This document shows positions 1-7,844 of a stretch of 32,000 bases of DNA, one piece after another. The notes beneath the pieces were generated by a model. It had not been told where the DNA came from, searched no databases, and was given only the letters and a program-made list of their open reading frames with translations. The stretch is taken from positions 1,110,001 to 1,142,000 of the forward strand of contig NZ_RSDW01000001.1 of NCBI RefSeq assembly GCF_003945235.1. The letters run 5' to 3'. Source of the stretch: Edaphobacter aggregans (lineage in GTDB: Bacteria; Acidobacteriota; Terriglobia; Terriglobales; Acidobacteriaceae). The translations under genes were made by a program, and so were the position numbers. How positions within the stretch are numbered: the first letter of the stretch is position 1; each line of letters begins with the position of its first letter.

Positions 1-2237
1 ATGGGGTCGTTGGTCTCGGGGAGGAGGTTGAGACTGGCTATCAGGCCGACGGGGGTTCCCTTCGGGATGGGGCCGATCTGGATACCTTGATCGTTGAAGA
101 GCCAGTCGAAGGTACCAGAGAGCGGGCCGCGCAGGCGCTGGAGGAAGTCGGGCAAATAGCCGTTGGCTACGCGGAGATAGCTGGTGTCGGTGGTGCGGTC
201 GATGGTGCCGGGGACTTTGTCTCCGAGGACAGAATCTTTCTCGCGCTTCTCGGGCCAGAGGAGCTGTTCGATGGAGTCCTGGAAGGAGTCGAGGCGGGCT
301 TCGACGGAGGGACTGGCGTTGAATTTGCCCAGGCTGTTGTTGAGCAGGAATGGCGCGCTGGACCAGACGCTGATGAGCGACGGCGGGCGGGTGTAGCCGC
401 GGCCTCCGGCGGGCAGGACGTAGGGCTTGGGCTCGCCGGTGAAGGGGTCGTAGATGGTGGCGGTTCCTGCAGAAGGGAGATCCTTGTAGGACTGGGAGGA
501 GAAGTTGTCCCAGATGTTGTTGCCGAGGGCGTTGGTGGCTAGTGGGCTGCAGGCGTTGGTCTGGAGGAGCGTGACGGGGACGCGGAGTTCGGTGGAGAGA
601 TAGTTGCCCTGGGTGAAGTCGGGGGCGAGGACTATGTCGCGCATCTTCTTTTTGAACTCGTCGGTCTTGGTCCATTCCCAGTAGCGGTTCCAGCAGTCCA
701 TGTAGCCGGAGCCGGCGCAGGCTGCGGGATCGGCGTTAGCTGGCGGGGGGGGGAATTTGCTGGAGTGGCAGCGGGCGCAGCGCTCGGCGAAGGCGATCTT
801 GCCGCGTGTGAGGACGGCTTTGTCGGTAGTGAGGTGCGCGGCTCCGCCGGGGGCGTCCTTGAGGAGGTGGGGTTCGGTGCTCTTGAGGAAGAAGAGCGCC
901 ATGTCGACGGTCTGGGCTTCGGTGGCCTCGAAGTAGCTGGAGTTGGCTCGGGCTACAGAGACTGGGATCGGGGTGACTTCCTGGCCGCCTACGAGGGCGT
1001 TGAAGTGGAGGAGCCACTCTTCGCTGAAGGTGCCGATGTTAAGGTAGACGCGGTTGAGTGCGGCGAGTGCGCCTACGGAGTCGGAGCCGTCCTTGAGGAC
1101 GCGCGGGGTCTGGACGATGTCAGGAGGGGTGAAGAAGCGGGTGAGGTAGCCGGAGGGGACGTAGTTGTTGAACTGCTTGTTGTCTTTTTGGCCGTCGGCT
1201 AGTTTCTCTTTGCCCCAGACCAGCGCTTGATCGAGGCGAGGTTTGAGGGAGTAGACGGCGTTCATGGTGCGGGGATTGTTGATGTTGTCGGTGGAGATGA
1301 GCGAGGTGTCGAGGGTGCCGGGGCGCGAGGTGTGGAAGAGCTGGAAGACGTAGCTATCGGCAGAAGGGTTCCAGTCGAAGATGCGGTCGATCCAGAAGTA
1401 TTGTGCGCCTACGTTGGAACTGAGGTTCTCCCATTTGGGGGCATCGGGGTTGTCGGGGGGCTTCACGGGGTTGGGACCGACGTGGCAGAAGGCGCAGGAC
1501 ATGCCTACGCGATAGGGCCGGACGAGGTCCTTCGAGAGGTAGTACTTGCTGTCGGTGTAGTAGCGGACGGGGTCCCACTTTTTGGCTGCGGCTTCATCAA
1601 AGGCGGGGTTGGGGAAAAGGCGGAGGCCGACGATGCCGGTGCCGTATCCATAGAAGGAGCCCGCGTCGATGTTCTTGCCGCGTGCGCCAATTTTGACGCC
1701 GGGATATTTCTGCGCGTTTTCGAAGGGATCAGGCGGGCAGCTGGGGTCGCGCTGGTCGAGCCAGAGGCCGAAGCGCTTGGGGTCGGGCCCGGTGGCCTTG
1801 ATGTAGCAGGGTTCGTTGACGAGGCCGAGGTATTCCCAGCGGTTGTCGCGGCTGGCTTTGAGGGCAGGATGGCTGCCGTCGCCTGGGTAGGAGGAGATGG
1901 TTTTGAGGAAGTCAAGATTACCTACGCTGGTGACGGAGAGGACGTCCCAGAGGCGGTCATCGCCTGCCGTCCAGACGAGCCAGGTGTTGCGGCCCTTGAT
2001 CTCGTCAGCGGTGAGCTGGATGCCGCCATCCATGTCGTGGAAGTAGTCTTCGTCGGCGGCTGGGAAGGAGCTGGCTGGGCGGTTGGCGAGTTTGGCTTCG
2101 TCCAAGACCTTGCCCGGGAGGCCGGGAGTGGTGTTGCAGCCTTGTGGCAGAAGGGCCAGCGCGATGAGTACGGCGATGGCGGCAATGGCGCGAAGAGGCT
2201 TGAGTGCTGCGAGTCTGTACCAGGAGAACTTTTGCAT
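1..2237 (-). CDS. Di-heme c-type cytochrome family lipoprotein (start present, 3' end cut by window edge)
   Basis: It is absent from the ORF track because it runs off the left edge. The reverse-strand frame opens at ATG 2237-2235 (GAGGGA 7 nt upstream) and stays open for 745 codons down to position 3. The hand translation begins MQKFSWYRLAALKPLRAIAAIAVLIALALLPQGCNTT, which is a signal peptide plus a lipobox-like LPQGC (Cys34 at 2136-2138). There are two c-type heme motifs, CAFCH (1482-1496) and CARCH (765-779). The plus-strand ORFs listed across 87-2339 are Gly/Val/Glu-rich antisense shadows. Confidence 0.8.
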   Translation of the reverse strand, partial: MQKFSWYRLAALKPLRAIAAIAVLIALALLPQGCNTTPGLPGKVLDEAKLANRPASSFPAADEDYFHDMDGGIQLTADEIKGRNTWLVWTAGDDRLWDVLSVTSVGNLDFLKTISSYPGDGSHPALKASRDNRWEYLGLVNEPCYIKATGPDPKRFGLWLDQRDPSCPPDPFENAQKYPGVKIGARGKNIDAGSFYGYGTGIVGLRLFPNPAFDEAAAKKWDPVRYYTDSKYYLSKDLVRPYRVGMSCAFCHVGPNPVKPPDNPDAPKWENLSSNVGAQYFWIDRIFDWNPSADSYVFQLFHTSRPGTLDTSLISTDNINNPRTMNAVYSLKPRLDQALVWGKEKLADGQKDNKQFNNYVPSGYLTRFFTPPDIVQTPRVLKDGSDSVGALAALNRVYLNIGTFSEEWLLHFNALVGGQEVTPIPVSVARANSSYFEATEAQTVDMALFFLKSTEPHLLKDAPGGAAHLTTDKAVLTRGKIAFAERCARCHSSKFPPPPANADPAACAGSGYMDCWNRYWEWTKTDEFKKKMRDIVLAPDFTQGNYLSTELRVPVTLLQTNACSPLATNALGNNIWDNFSSQSYKDLPSAGTATIYDPFTGEPKPYVLPAGGRGYTRPPSLISVWSSAPFLLNNSLGKFNASPSVEARLDSFQDSIEQLLWPEKREKDSVLGDKVPGTIDRTTDTSYLRVANGYLPDFLQRLRGPLSGTFDWLFNDQGIQIGPIPKGTPVGLIASLNLLPETNDP

Positions 2238-2256
2238 CGTTGTCCCTCGTGTTCGA

Positions 2257-3759
2257 TCAAACTCTGGCGGCGCGTGCAAGATATCGTAACGCACGCAGGC
2301 CGGGCAGGAAAAAATATGCTCCGCCACGGACAGTGGTGAAGCGCGGCACGTCTTGAAGTTGATGTCGTACGGTCCCGGCGACTGGAATAGAGAACGTGCT
2401 GGCGGGGCAGCCGGCTATGGGTTCGCGGTTGCCTAGCAGCGGGTCAGTCTCGCTGTCGAGGCCGTCGAATTTGGTGTTGTTGAGCCACGCGGCCTGGATG
2501 AATTCGAATTGGCGGCCGATGTTGGCGTTGAGACAGACGAACTCAAGCCCGGTTGGAGGTTCGTTGGGCGGCGCGGGCTCGAGGCGCTCGGCGGGGGAGA
2601 GTTTCGGGCCATACTCGCGACCTCTTCGCAGCAGACGATGGAAGCGGGTGGAGGCGATGAGGTCTTCGCGGATGGTCTTCTGGCCAAAGCCCAGTATGCG
2701 GATGAGCTTTTCCAGAGGCTCGGATGATGTGCCCGGGGGAAAGTCTGCGTTGCGTGGATTTGCGCGGCGGATGTGTGCGCCGAATGGGCAGCGGAAGCCA
2801 TCTGGATCGTCGTCGAAGGTGAACTGGTTCTGCTGGATGTCTGTAAGGTCGGGGCCTACGCCGGGGATGCTTTGGCTTGATTCGGGAAGGAGCGAGTCGC
2901 CGGACATTTTGCGACCGACTATCTTCTCGGCAAGGTCCTGACGCTGTGTGGGATCGGAGTTCACCTGCTGGTCGATGAATCGCCAGAAGCCGCGGACGTC
3001 CTGCTCGATCTGGCGGATGACGAGGTAGGTTCCGTTGCGGCCAATGTCTTTGTAGCCGGGAGAGTCTTCGGCGTCGGGGAGGTCGGCGTTGGAGTCGACG
3101 ATCTTTGGGCGTCCTGTGTATTCGCCGTACTCGTTTGGATAGCCCAGGACGAACTCGCCGAGCATGGTGATGTTTTCGTAGGTGAGTTTGTCGCCGGAAG
3201 GGTTTTTTTTGCGGTCCCAGTCGACGGTGGGGGTGCTGACGCCGTCGACGAAGCCGAAGGGCTCGACGCCGCCCATGTCGGAGGTGGGCAGGCATTGGAG
3301 GAGGGTGAAGCCGGAGTGGGTAAGGCCGGAATCGATGGTGCTCTTCCAGGAGTCGAAGTGGCCGGGTAGTGCGTAGAGCATGGCGACCATGTCGGGCACG
3401 CCGGAGGGGCCGCCCCAGTACCAGTGCTCGGGTGCATTGGCGCCGATGTCGCCGAGGCGGCGGGAGCGGTTGTCTTCGCCTGTGATGCCGGAAAGGAACT
3501 CGGCGGAGAAGCCGTTGAGGATCTCTGGGGAGATGCCGAGGCGTTGCAGTCCTTGTTGTGTGAAGGCCAGTTGCAGGGCGCAGGTGGGAGGGGGGTTCTG
3601 GATTTCGGCGGTGGAGACGGGAGCGGTTTGCAGCCAACGGGCAGCGGCAGCGGGGTCGTCGATGCGCAACAGGAGGAAGCAGGCCTCGGTGAGCTTGGCG
3701 TAACCGAAGCGTAGGAGTCCCTGCATGTCGCGATAGTCGACGTTTGTGAGAGGAGCCAT
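2257..3759 (-). CDS. DyP-type (dye-decolorizing) heme peroxidase, large form (500 aa)
   Basis: The ATG at 3759 was verified. DyP hallmarks are present: FGFVDGVS (GxxDG, Asp172 codon 3244-3246), the proximal-His context CPFGAHIRRANPR (His329 codon 2773-2775), RLLRRGREYG, QFEFIQAAWLNN and the C-terminal GGAYFFLP. No Sec or Tat signal is visible (MAPLTNVDYRDMQGLL). Confidence 0.9.
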   Translation of the reverse strand: MAPLTNVDYRDMQGLLRFGYAKLTEACFLLLRIDDPAAAARWLQTAPVSTAEIQNPPPTCALQLAFTQQGLQRLGISPEILNGFSAEFLSGITGEDNRSRRLGDIGANAPEHWYWGGPSGVPDMVAMLYALPGHFDSWKSTIDSGLTHSGFTLLQCLPTSDMGGVEPFGFVDGVSTPTVDWDRKKNPSGDKLTYENITMLGEFVLGYPNEYGEYTGRPKIVDSNADLPDAEDSPGYKDIGRNGTYLVIRQIEQDVRGFWRFIDQQVNSDPTQRQDLAEKIVGRKMSGDSLLPESSQSIPGVGPDLTDIQQNQFTFDDDPDGFRCPFGAHIRRANPRNADFPPGTSSEPLEKLIRILGFGQKTIREDLIASTRFHRLLRRGREYGPKLSPAERLEPAPPNEPPTGLEFVCLNANIGRQFEFIQAAWLNNTKFDGLDSETDPLLGNREPIAGCPASTFSIPVAGTVRHQLQDVPRFTTVRGGAYFFLPGLRALRYLARAARV

Positions 3760-3824
3760 GCCCTTGTTCTCGCTTCCCTTCTGCGGATTTAATTCGCAAC
3801 AGCTAACTGCTATTCCTCGACGTT

Positions 3825-5117
3825 TTAGAAGATCTTGATCCAGTCGTCGAGTTCTGAATCTGAGATGGTGTTTTGTTCGAGCCCATTGCGTATGAGTGAG
3901 TTGCGTTGCATGTCGTAGGCCGTGACGCCGGGTGCTGCGGTATACCAGACCTGTGTGGGTAACTGGTGACGACGGAGGTAATCCTTGAAGGGCTGCTCGG
4001 CTCTGGCGCCATCGAGGATAAGCCAGTTGGTTTTGGGGTAGCCGAGGCCGTTGCTGAAGACGATGTTGAGCCCCCAGTAGACCTTGTTGATGAAGTCGCC
4101 GTTGTACATTTCGAGACTGCCGTCGTAGTTGCTGGAGAAGTAGACACGGGTCTTGTCGATAAACACCCAGCGCGCGAATTGAATGGTTTTTACGCGACCC
4201 AGGAAACCGTGGGTGAAGATGTGACGCGCGGTGTACTCGATCGCGAAGAGGACGGCGATGATTGTCCAGCGTCGGAAGGGGCCGGGCTTGATGCTGCCAT
4301 AGGCGCTGAACTGATTGATGATGATTCGATCCTCAAGCTCGTCAAGGGAATGGACGAGGGCTGTGGTGGGGCGGGGCGCTATGACCGGATCGCGCAGCTC
4401 CTTCATGCGGAGTTGGATGAGAAAGAAGGGCAGATAAAGGACGATGAGCGGCAATAAGAGGAACAGCACAAGGGGAATGCCGATGCAGTGTGCGAGGTTC
4501 TTGATCTGCCAGGACAAGGGTGTAGGTTCGGGCGGCGTGAGAGTGAGTCGTCCGGCGGCTTGTTCCTGTTTGACGAAGGTGCGCAGCTCGTTCCATATCT
4601 GCCGTGGGGTAGCGCCGGTTGAAGCGCGTTGATTGAGATACCACTTTATTGCCATCCACAAATCGTTCTCTTCGCGAACCTGAACGACGGTTCGGCCAAC
4701 CCAGTTGACGTAGTTTGCGGATGGAGGACGCTCGTTATCTTCCATCCAGCGCAGGAGGTCGGCGGTGGGCGTGAAGGATTCGCAGAAGGAGAAGATTTGA
4801 CGCAGGCCGGGTTCTGCTTTGGCGACGAGTTCGCGGCGGAGGGCGTCGGCTGGACCATCGAAGTCGCAGAGGAAGGCGAGAAAGTTGGTGGGTGGGGGCG
4901 GCGTGGCTCCGTAGACGCGGAGGTCTTCGCGGGTATCGTCTTCAAGGATGACGAAGCGGGCGAAGTGCAGCGTGGCGAACTTTTCGAATGGGACGAGCGT
5001 GTTGGCGGGATTGGCTACGCCCGGCTCAAGATTCATGGTCGCAAGAAGCTGTCGCAGCGCGGGCTCGCGGCTCGCTACGATCGGTGCAACGACCATGATG
5101 GTGGATTGTGGAGTCAT
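3825..5117 (-). CDS. Membrane protein of unknown function (430 aa)
   Basis: The ORF track gives 3825-5294, but its first 59 codons overlap the upstream gene. The ATG at 5117 lies 17 nt after that gene's stop (5135) and has GGGGA upstream. The N-terminal soluble part reads MTPQSTIMVVAPIV..LHFARFVILEDD..FLCDFDGPADALRREL. One long hydrophobic segment, CIGIPLVLFLLLPLIVLYLPFFLIQL, falls at about 4410-4487. The C-terminal part reads FARWVFIDKTRVYFSSNYDGSLEMYNGDFINKVYWGLNIVFSNGLGYP. I recognise no family. Confidence 0.75.
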   Translation of the reverse strand: MTPQSTIMVVAPIVASREPALRQLLATMNLEPGVANPANTLVPFEKFATLHFARFVILEDDTREDLRVYGATPPPPTNFLAFLCDFDGPADALRRELVAKAEPGLRQIFSFCESFTPTADLLRWMEDNERPPSANYVNWVGRTVVQVREENDLWMAIKWYLNQRASTGATPRQIWNELRTFVKQEQAAGRLTLTPPEPTPLSWQIKNLAHCIGIPLVLFLLLPLIVLYLPFFLIQLRMKELRDPVIAPRPTTALVHSLDELEDRIIINQFSAYGSIKPGPFRRWTIIAVLFAIEYTARHIFTHGFLGRVKTIQFARWVFIDKTRVYFSSNYDGSLEMYNGDFINKVYWGLNIVFSNGLGYPKTNWLILDGARAEQPFKDYLRRHQLPTQVWYTAAPGVTAYDMQRNSLIRNGLEQNTISDSELDDWIKIF

Positions 5118-5134
5118 CGTATCCCCGTAGACGA

Positions 5135-5566
5135 TCAGAACTCCAGCGCGAAGTGGATGAGCCGGTCCTTCTTCCAGTAGACGAGGCCGAGGTAGAGGCC
5201 TGGCGAGATGAGGCGAATTTCGTCGCGGACCCAGTGGGCGACCATCGATGTCTCGGAGTAGTCGAGGACGACGCATTCTTTGTTGTCGAACCAACTGGCT
5301 CCCTGATAGACCTTGGCCACGATGGCGCTGATCCCGAAGACGGAGATGCGGTTGCGCAGCACGCCGGCCTGAGCGTCAAAGGTCTTGCCCTGCCAGGTGA
5401 AGATGCTGATGAACGCTGCTGTCTCTTTGGTAAAGACGGTGCCGGGGGCCACAATGGCGGTGCCTTTGGCTTCACCGTTGGGGATGGGGCCGGGAGCACC
5501 GGATTTGAAACAGTCGTCGAGCTGAGCACTCGTCATCTTGAGTAGTTGAGAGACGTCGTAGGGCAT
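5135..5566 (-). CDS. Small soluble protein of unknown function, paralog A (143 aa)
   Basis: The ORF-track start at 5572 is GTG. The ATG at 5566 gives MPYDVSQLL, which aligns residue for residue with MAYTAQQLL of the paralog at 7845. AAGGTGG ends 2 nt before this ATG. There is no signal peptide or TM segment. Shared motifs are IPNGEA.GTAIVA, WQGKTFDA, AIVA.VY.G.S.FD.KEC.VLDYS.TS, RDEIRLI.PG.YLGLVYW and IHFAL.F. Confidence 0.8.
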   Translation of the reverse strand: MPYDVSQLLKMTSAQLDDCFKSGAPGPIPNGEAKGTAIVAPGTVFTKETAAFISIFTWQGKTFDAQAGVLRNRISVFGISAIVAKVYQGASWFDNKECVVLDYSETSMVAHWVRDEIRLISPGLYLGLVYWKKDRLIHFALEF

Positions 5567-5707
5567 CGCCACCTTCGTCTGGACGGATTTTTAGAGTGGA
5601 ACCAGCGGCTCGCAGCAGAAGCGGACTTCCGCTACTCGCGTCAGTGCAACACTTTCCGGGGCCCTGTTGATGATGAGATGAGACGATATCGCCGTTGACC
5701 GGGCTTG

Positions 5708-7621
5708 TCAACGAATGTTTGCAGCAAGATCAGCCTCGCGCGCGGCCTGGAGGATTACGTCGGCGGCCTTCTCGGCGATCATGTAAATGGCGCTGGTGAT
5801 GAAGAAGCCCGGGGTGCGGGGGAAGACGGAGGCATCGACGACGCGAAGGCCCTGCGTGCCATGAACGCGGAAGTCACTGGTGAGAACTCCGTTGTGTTCA
5901 CGGGGGCCAATGGCGCAGGTGCAGGAGGCGTGATGGCCCCAGGCTTGATTGCGGATGAAGGTCTTCAGGTCTTCGTCCGACTGGAGGTGATCGCCGGGCA
6001 GTTCTTCTTCGGCGATGAGCTTGTTGTCCTTGAAGTGCTGGGTGATCTTGCGGACGAAGCGTATGCCTTCGACTACGGAGGCGAGGTCTTCGCCCTGGGT
6101 GTCGCTGCCCTCTTCGAAGTAGTGGAAGTTGATGTCTGGCGTGTCGCGTGGGTCGGCGGAACGCAGGGTTACTTTGCCTGCGCGATTTTTGGTGTGAGCT
6201 TTGAGGACGACCCATGTCATGTAGTTCAGGTTTTCGGCGAAGAGCGCGGAGTAATTTGGGAAGTAGCCTCGGAAGAGTCCGAGAAGGCCGAGGCAGAAGA
6301 TGTCGGGAGTCTCGCGGTCAGGGAACGAGCGCTTGAATGCTGTAAGCACTCCTCCGTTGGTGATGTATGGGCCGCATCCGCGCTGCCATTGTTCAAATTG
6401 CGGGTCGTCCTGAGCGAAACGTGCGCCACGAAATATTCTCCACTGGCTGAAGTTCATTCGGTTGACGACACCGACTTCGTAGCGGTCCTGCAGGTTTGTG
6501 CCGACGCCCGGAAGATCGACGCGGAGAGGAATGCTGTGTTGGACGAGCTGCTCTGCCGGGCCTATGCCGGAGAGCATGAGGAGTTGCGGCGTATTGAATG
6601 TGCCTCCGGCGAGGATGACCTCGCGAGTCGCGTAGGCTGTGCGGAGCTCACCCGCCTGCGAACTGGGTGCGGCGTGGGCGCGGTAGAGGTGTTTGCCCTT
6701 GAGGTACTCGACGCCGATGGCTCGGTTATTGCCGTCGAACAGGACTCGGGTGGCGAGGGCATCGAGCTCGATTCGGAGGAGTTCTGGGTGCTTCGTGGCT
6801 ACTTCGAGAACGCGCTCGCGGGCGCTTGTGCGTGCGTGGTTGGAGGTGCTGAGAGGTATGTAGCGGACTCCACCTGCAGCTTCGCGAACGAGGCGCCAGT
6901 CGTTCGGATCGAAGGCTCCCTTCCACAGCCAGCGTAGATGGTCGCGTTTGCTGCCTGCGTTTTTGAAGGCCTCCCAAGCAGAGAGGATGATCATTCTTAC
7001 GAGGGGGTGATCGAGCAAAGCTGAGAGGGGTGTTGCGCGTTCCGTGGAGAGCCAGCCGCGCCATCCGTGTCGCGTGGGATTGAATCCAAGGGCGGCGAGG
7101 AAGCGATGGAATTTACGGTGATGACAGTTTTCCAGGAGTTCGAAGTATCGACGCATTTGGGGTGCGCGCCAGGATTCATCGCCGGTCAACTCAGCTATCT
7201 CGTCCCAGTCGGTGTTGTGTGGATAGACGATGATCATCGCGTTGTGCGCTGTGCAGCCGCCCAAGGTTCCTGCGCGTGGGTAGAGGACGCCGTCTACACG
7301 CTGACCATCGACTGTCTCGAAATATTTGGGGTCCTGACACTGTTGCTTATGGTTTCCATAATGACGAACATAGAAGTCCCACTTGATGGCGTCGTTTTCT
7401 GAAGCGAGGCCATGGAATACGGGTACATCGTACTCGTTTGGCATGCCTCCGCTGGGTGGGACGGGCTGCTGTTGCTGGGCGGTTCTGGGATCGCCGCCCG
7501 CTTCAAGCAGAAGGACGGTTCGTCCGGACTCGGCAAGACGAGCAGCCAGGATGCCGCCACCGGCCCCGGAGCCGACGACGATGTATTCGGCGGTTACGTT
7601 TTGCGGATCTGCGCTGCTCAT
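5708..7621 (-). CDS. GMC-family FAD-dependent oxidoreductase (long form, 637 aa from ATG 7621)
   Basis: The FAD-binding EYIVVGSGAGGGILAARLAESG has its GxGxxG starting at residue 17 from ATG 7621. The GMC C-terminal active-site region is AWGHHASCTCAIGP..FRVHGTQGLRVVDASVFP. The ORF-track start at 7741 is a TTG lying inside the TTGACA hexamer of the divergent promoter-like site, and it adds 40 featureless residues. No signal peptide is present. A large internal insertion (about RRYFELLENCHHRKF to SNHARTSARERV) makes it longer than the ~530-560 aa I recall as typical for the family. Confidence 0.88.
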   Translation of the reverse strand: MSSADPQNVTAEYIVVGSGAGGGILAARLAESGRTVLLLEAGGDPRTAQQQQPVPPSGGMPNEYDVPVFHGLASENDAIKWDFYVRHYGNHKQQCQDPKYFETVDGQRVDGVLYPRAGTLGGCTAHNAMIIVYPHNTDWDEIAELTGDESWRAPQMRRYFELLENCHHRKFHRFLAALGFNPTRHGWRGWLSTERATPLSALLDHPLVRMIILSAWEAFKNAGSKRDHLRWLWKGAFDPNDWRLVREAAGGVRYIPLSTSNHARTSARERVLEVATKHPELLRIELDALATRVLFDGNNRAIGVEYLKGKHLYRAHAAPSSQAGELRTAYATREVILAGGTFNTPQLLMLSGIGPAEQLVQHSIPLRVDLPGVGTNLQDRYEVGVVNRMNFSQWRIFRGARFAQDDPQFEQWQRGCGPYITNGGVLTAFKRSFPDRETPDIFCLGLLGLFRGYFPNYSALFAENLNYMTWVVLKAHTKNRAGKVTLRSADPRDTPDINFHYFEEGSDTQGEDLASVVEGIRFVRKITQHFKDNKLIAEEELPGDHLQSDEDLKTFIRNQAWGHHASCTCAIGPREHNGVLTSDFRVHGTQGLRVVDASVFPRTPGFFITSAIYMIAEKAADVILQAAREADLAANIR

Positions 7622-7734
7622 GCGCTCGTCGATTGCCCTCTCTTCATCAAGTGCATCCCATCGTAGCTGTAGTGGATGTCGGCTGACTATGGATGTTCGC
7701 ACAAGGTTTGACGTCGTGCGAGATGTATTCCTGA

Positions 7735-7763
7735 TTGACAAAAAGACGGGGCGCGGTCATAGT
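7735..7763 (+). promoter_or_regulatory. Sigma-70-like promoter candidate for the right-arm operon (TTGACA-N17-CATAGT)
   Basis: TTGACA sits at 7735-7740, followed by a 17-nt spacer (7741-7757) and CATAGT at 7758-7763. This is about 80 nt upstream of ATG 7845, which itself has GAGGAG (7831-7836) at 8-nt spacing. The call rests on the sequence pattern only. Confidence 0.35.
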
Positions 7764-7844
7764 TGGCGGTATTCTCACCGGGCCCCCACACAACATCGAC
7801 TACGCTACTACGACCGATACGGTGGCGTATGAGGAGACCGAACT

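Noticed and set aside
87-2339. Plus-strand ORFs 87-542, 765-1202 and 1227-2339 (151, 145 and 370 aa), and the minus-strand ORFs 736-1017, 1354-1578, 1505-1915 and 1922-2260.
   Set aside because: The plus-strand products are Gly/Val/Ala/Glu-rich low-complexity sequences, typical of antisense frames in GC-rich genes. The listed minus-strand ORFs are Pro/Arg/Ser-rich off-frames. The real gene is the unlisted 745-codon minus-strand frame from ATG 2237, which carries a signal peptide and two CxxCH motifs.
2257-3759. The DyP as encapsulin cargo, or as the EfeB component of an EfeUOB iron-uptake system.
   Set aside because: No encapsulin shell gene and no EfeU/EfeO genes are in the window. The DyP has no Tat signal. 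Its C terminus (..LRALRYLARAARV) does not look like the Gly/Ser-linker plus targeting peptide I would expect for encapsulin cargo. This is a judgement by eye only.
2543-3799. A 418-aa Arg/Pro-rich ORF in the -1 frame of the DyP gene, together with an A8 run (T8 on the plus strand, 3203-3210) reading A_AAA_AAC in the DyP frame. This could be a programmed -1 frameshift site.
   Set aside because: The alternative-frame product is featureless R/P-rich sequence, as expected for an open off-frame in GC-rich DNA. All DyP catalytic motifs downstream of the run (proximal His329, Arg region) lie in the zero frame. I saw no obvious stimulatory structure, so I treat it as a coincidental homopolymer.
5118-5294. 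The 59-codon N-terminal extension of the 3825-5294 ORF, which overlaps the small-paralog gene.
   Set aside because: The extension (MVRQQRMRRPRLLRDIDGRPLGPRR...) is Arg/Pro-rich and overlaps a well-supported gene in another frame. The ATG at 5117, 17 nt after that gene's stop, is the more plausible start.
5705-6937. A 410-aa plus-strand ORF, plus other short ORFs inside 5708-7741.
   Set aside because: They are antisense or off-frame shadows of the GMC oxidoreductase gene. Their composition is Gly/Ala/Val/Glu-rich and they carry no motifs.
7622-7741. The TTG-initiated 40-codon extension of the GMC gene. The same issue applies to the TTG start at 25454 for the kinase, the GTG start at 26491 for the giant protein and the GTG start at 5572 for paralog A.
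   Set aside because: The ORF track uses alternative start codons to maximise length. In each case a downstream ATG has better support from an SD site, a signal-peptide position, the distance to GxGxxG or the paralog alignment.
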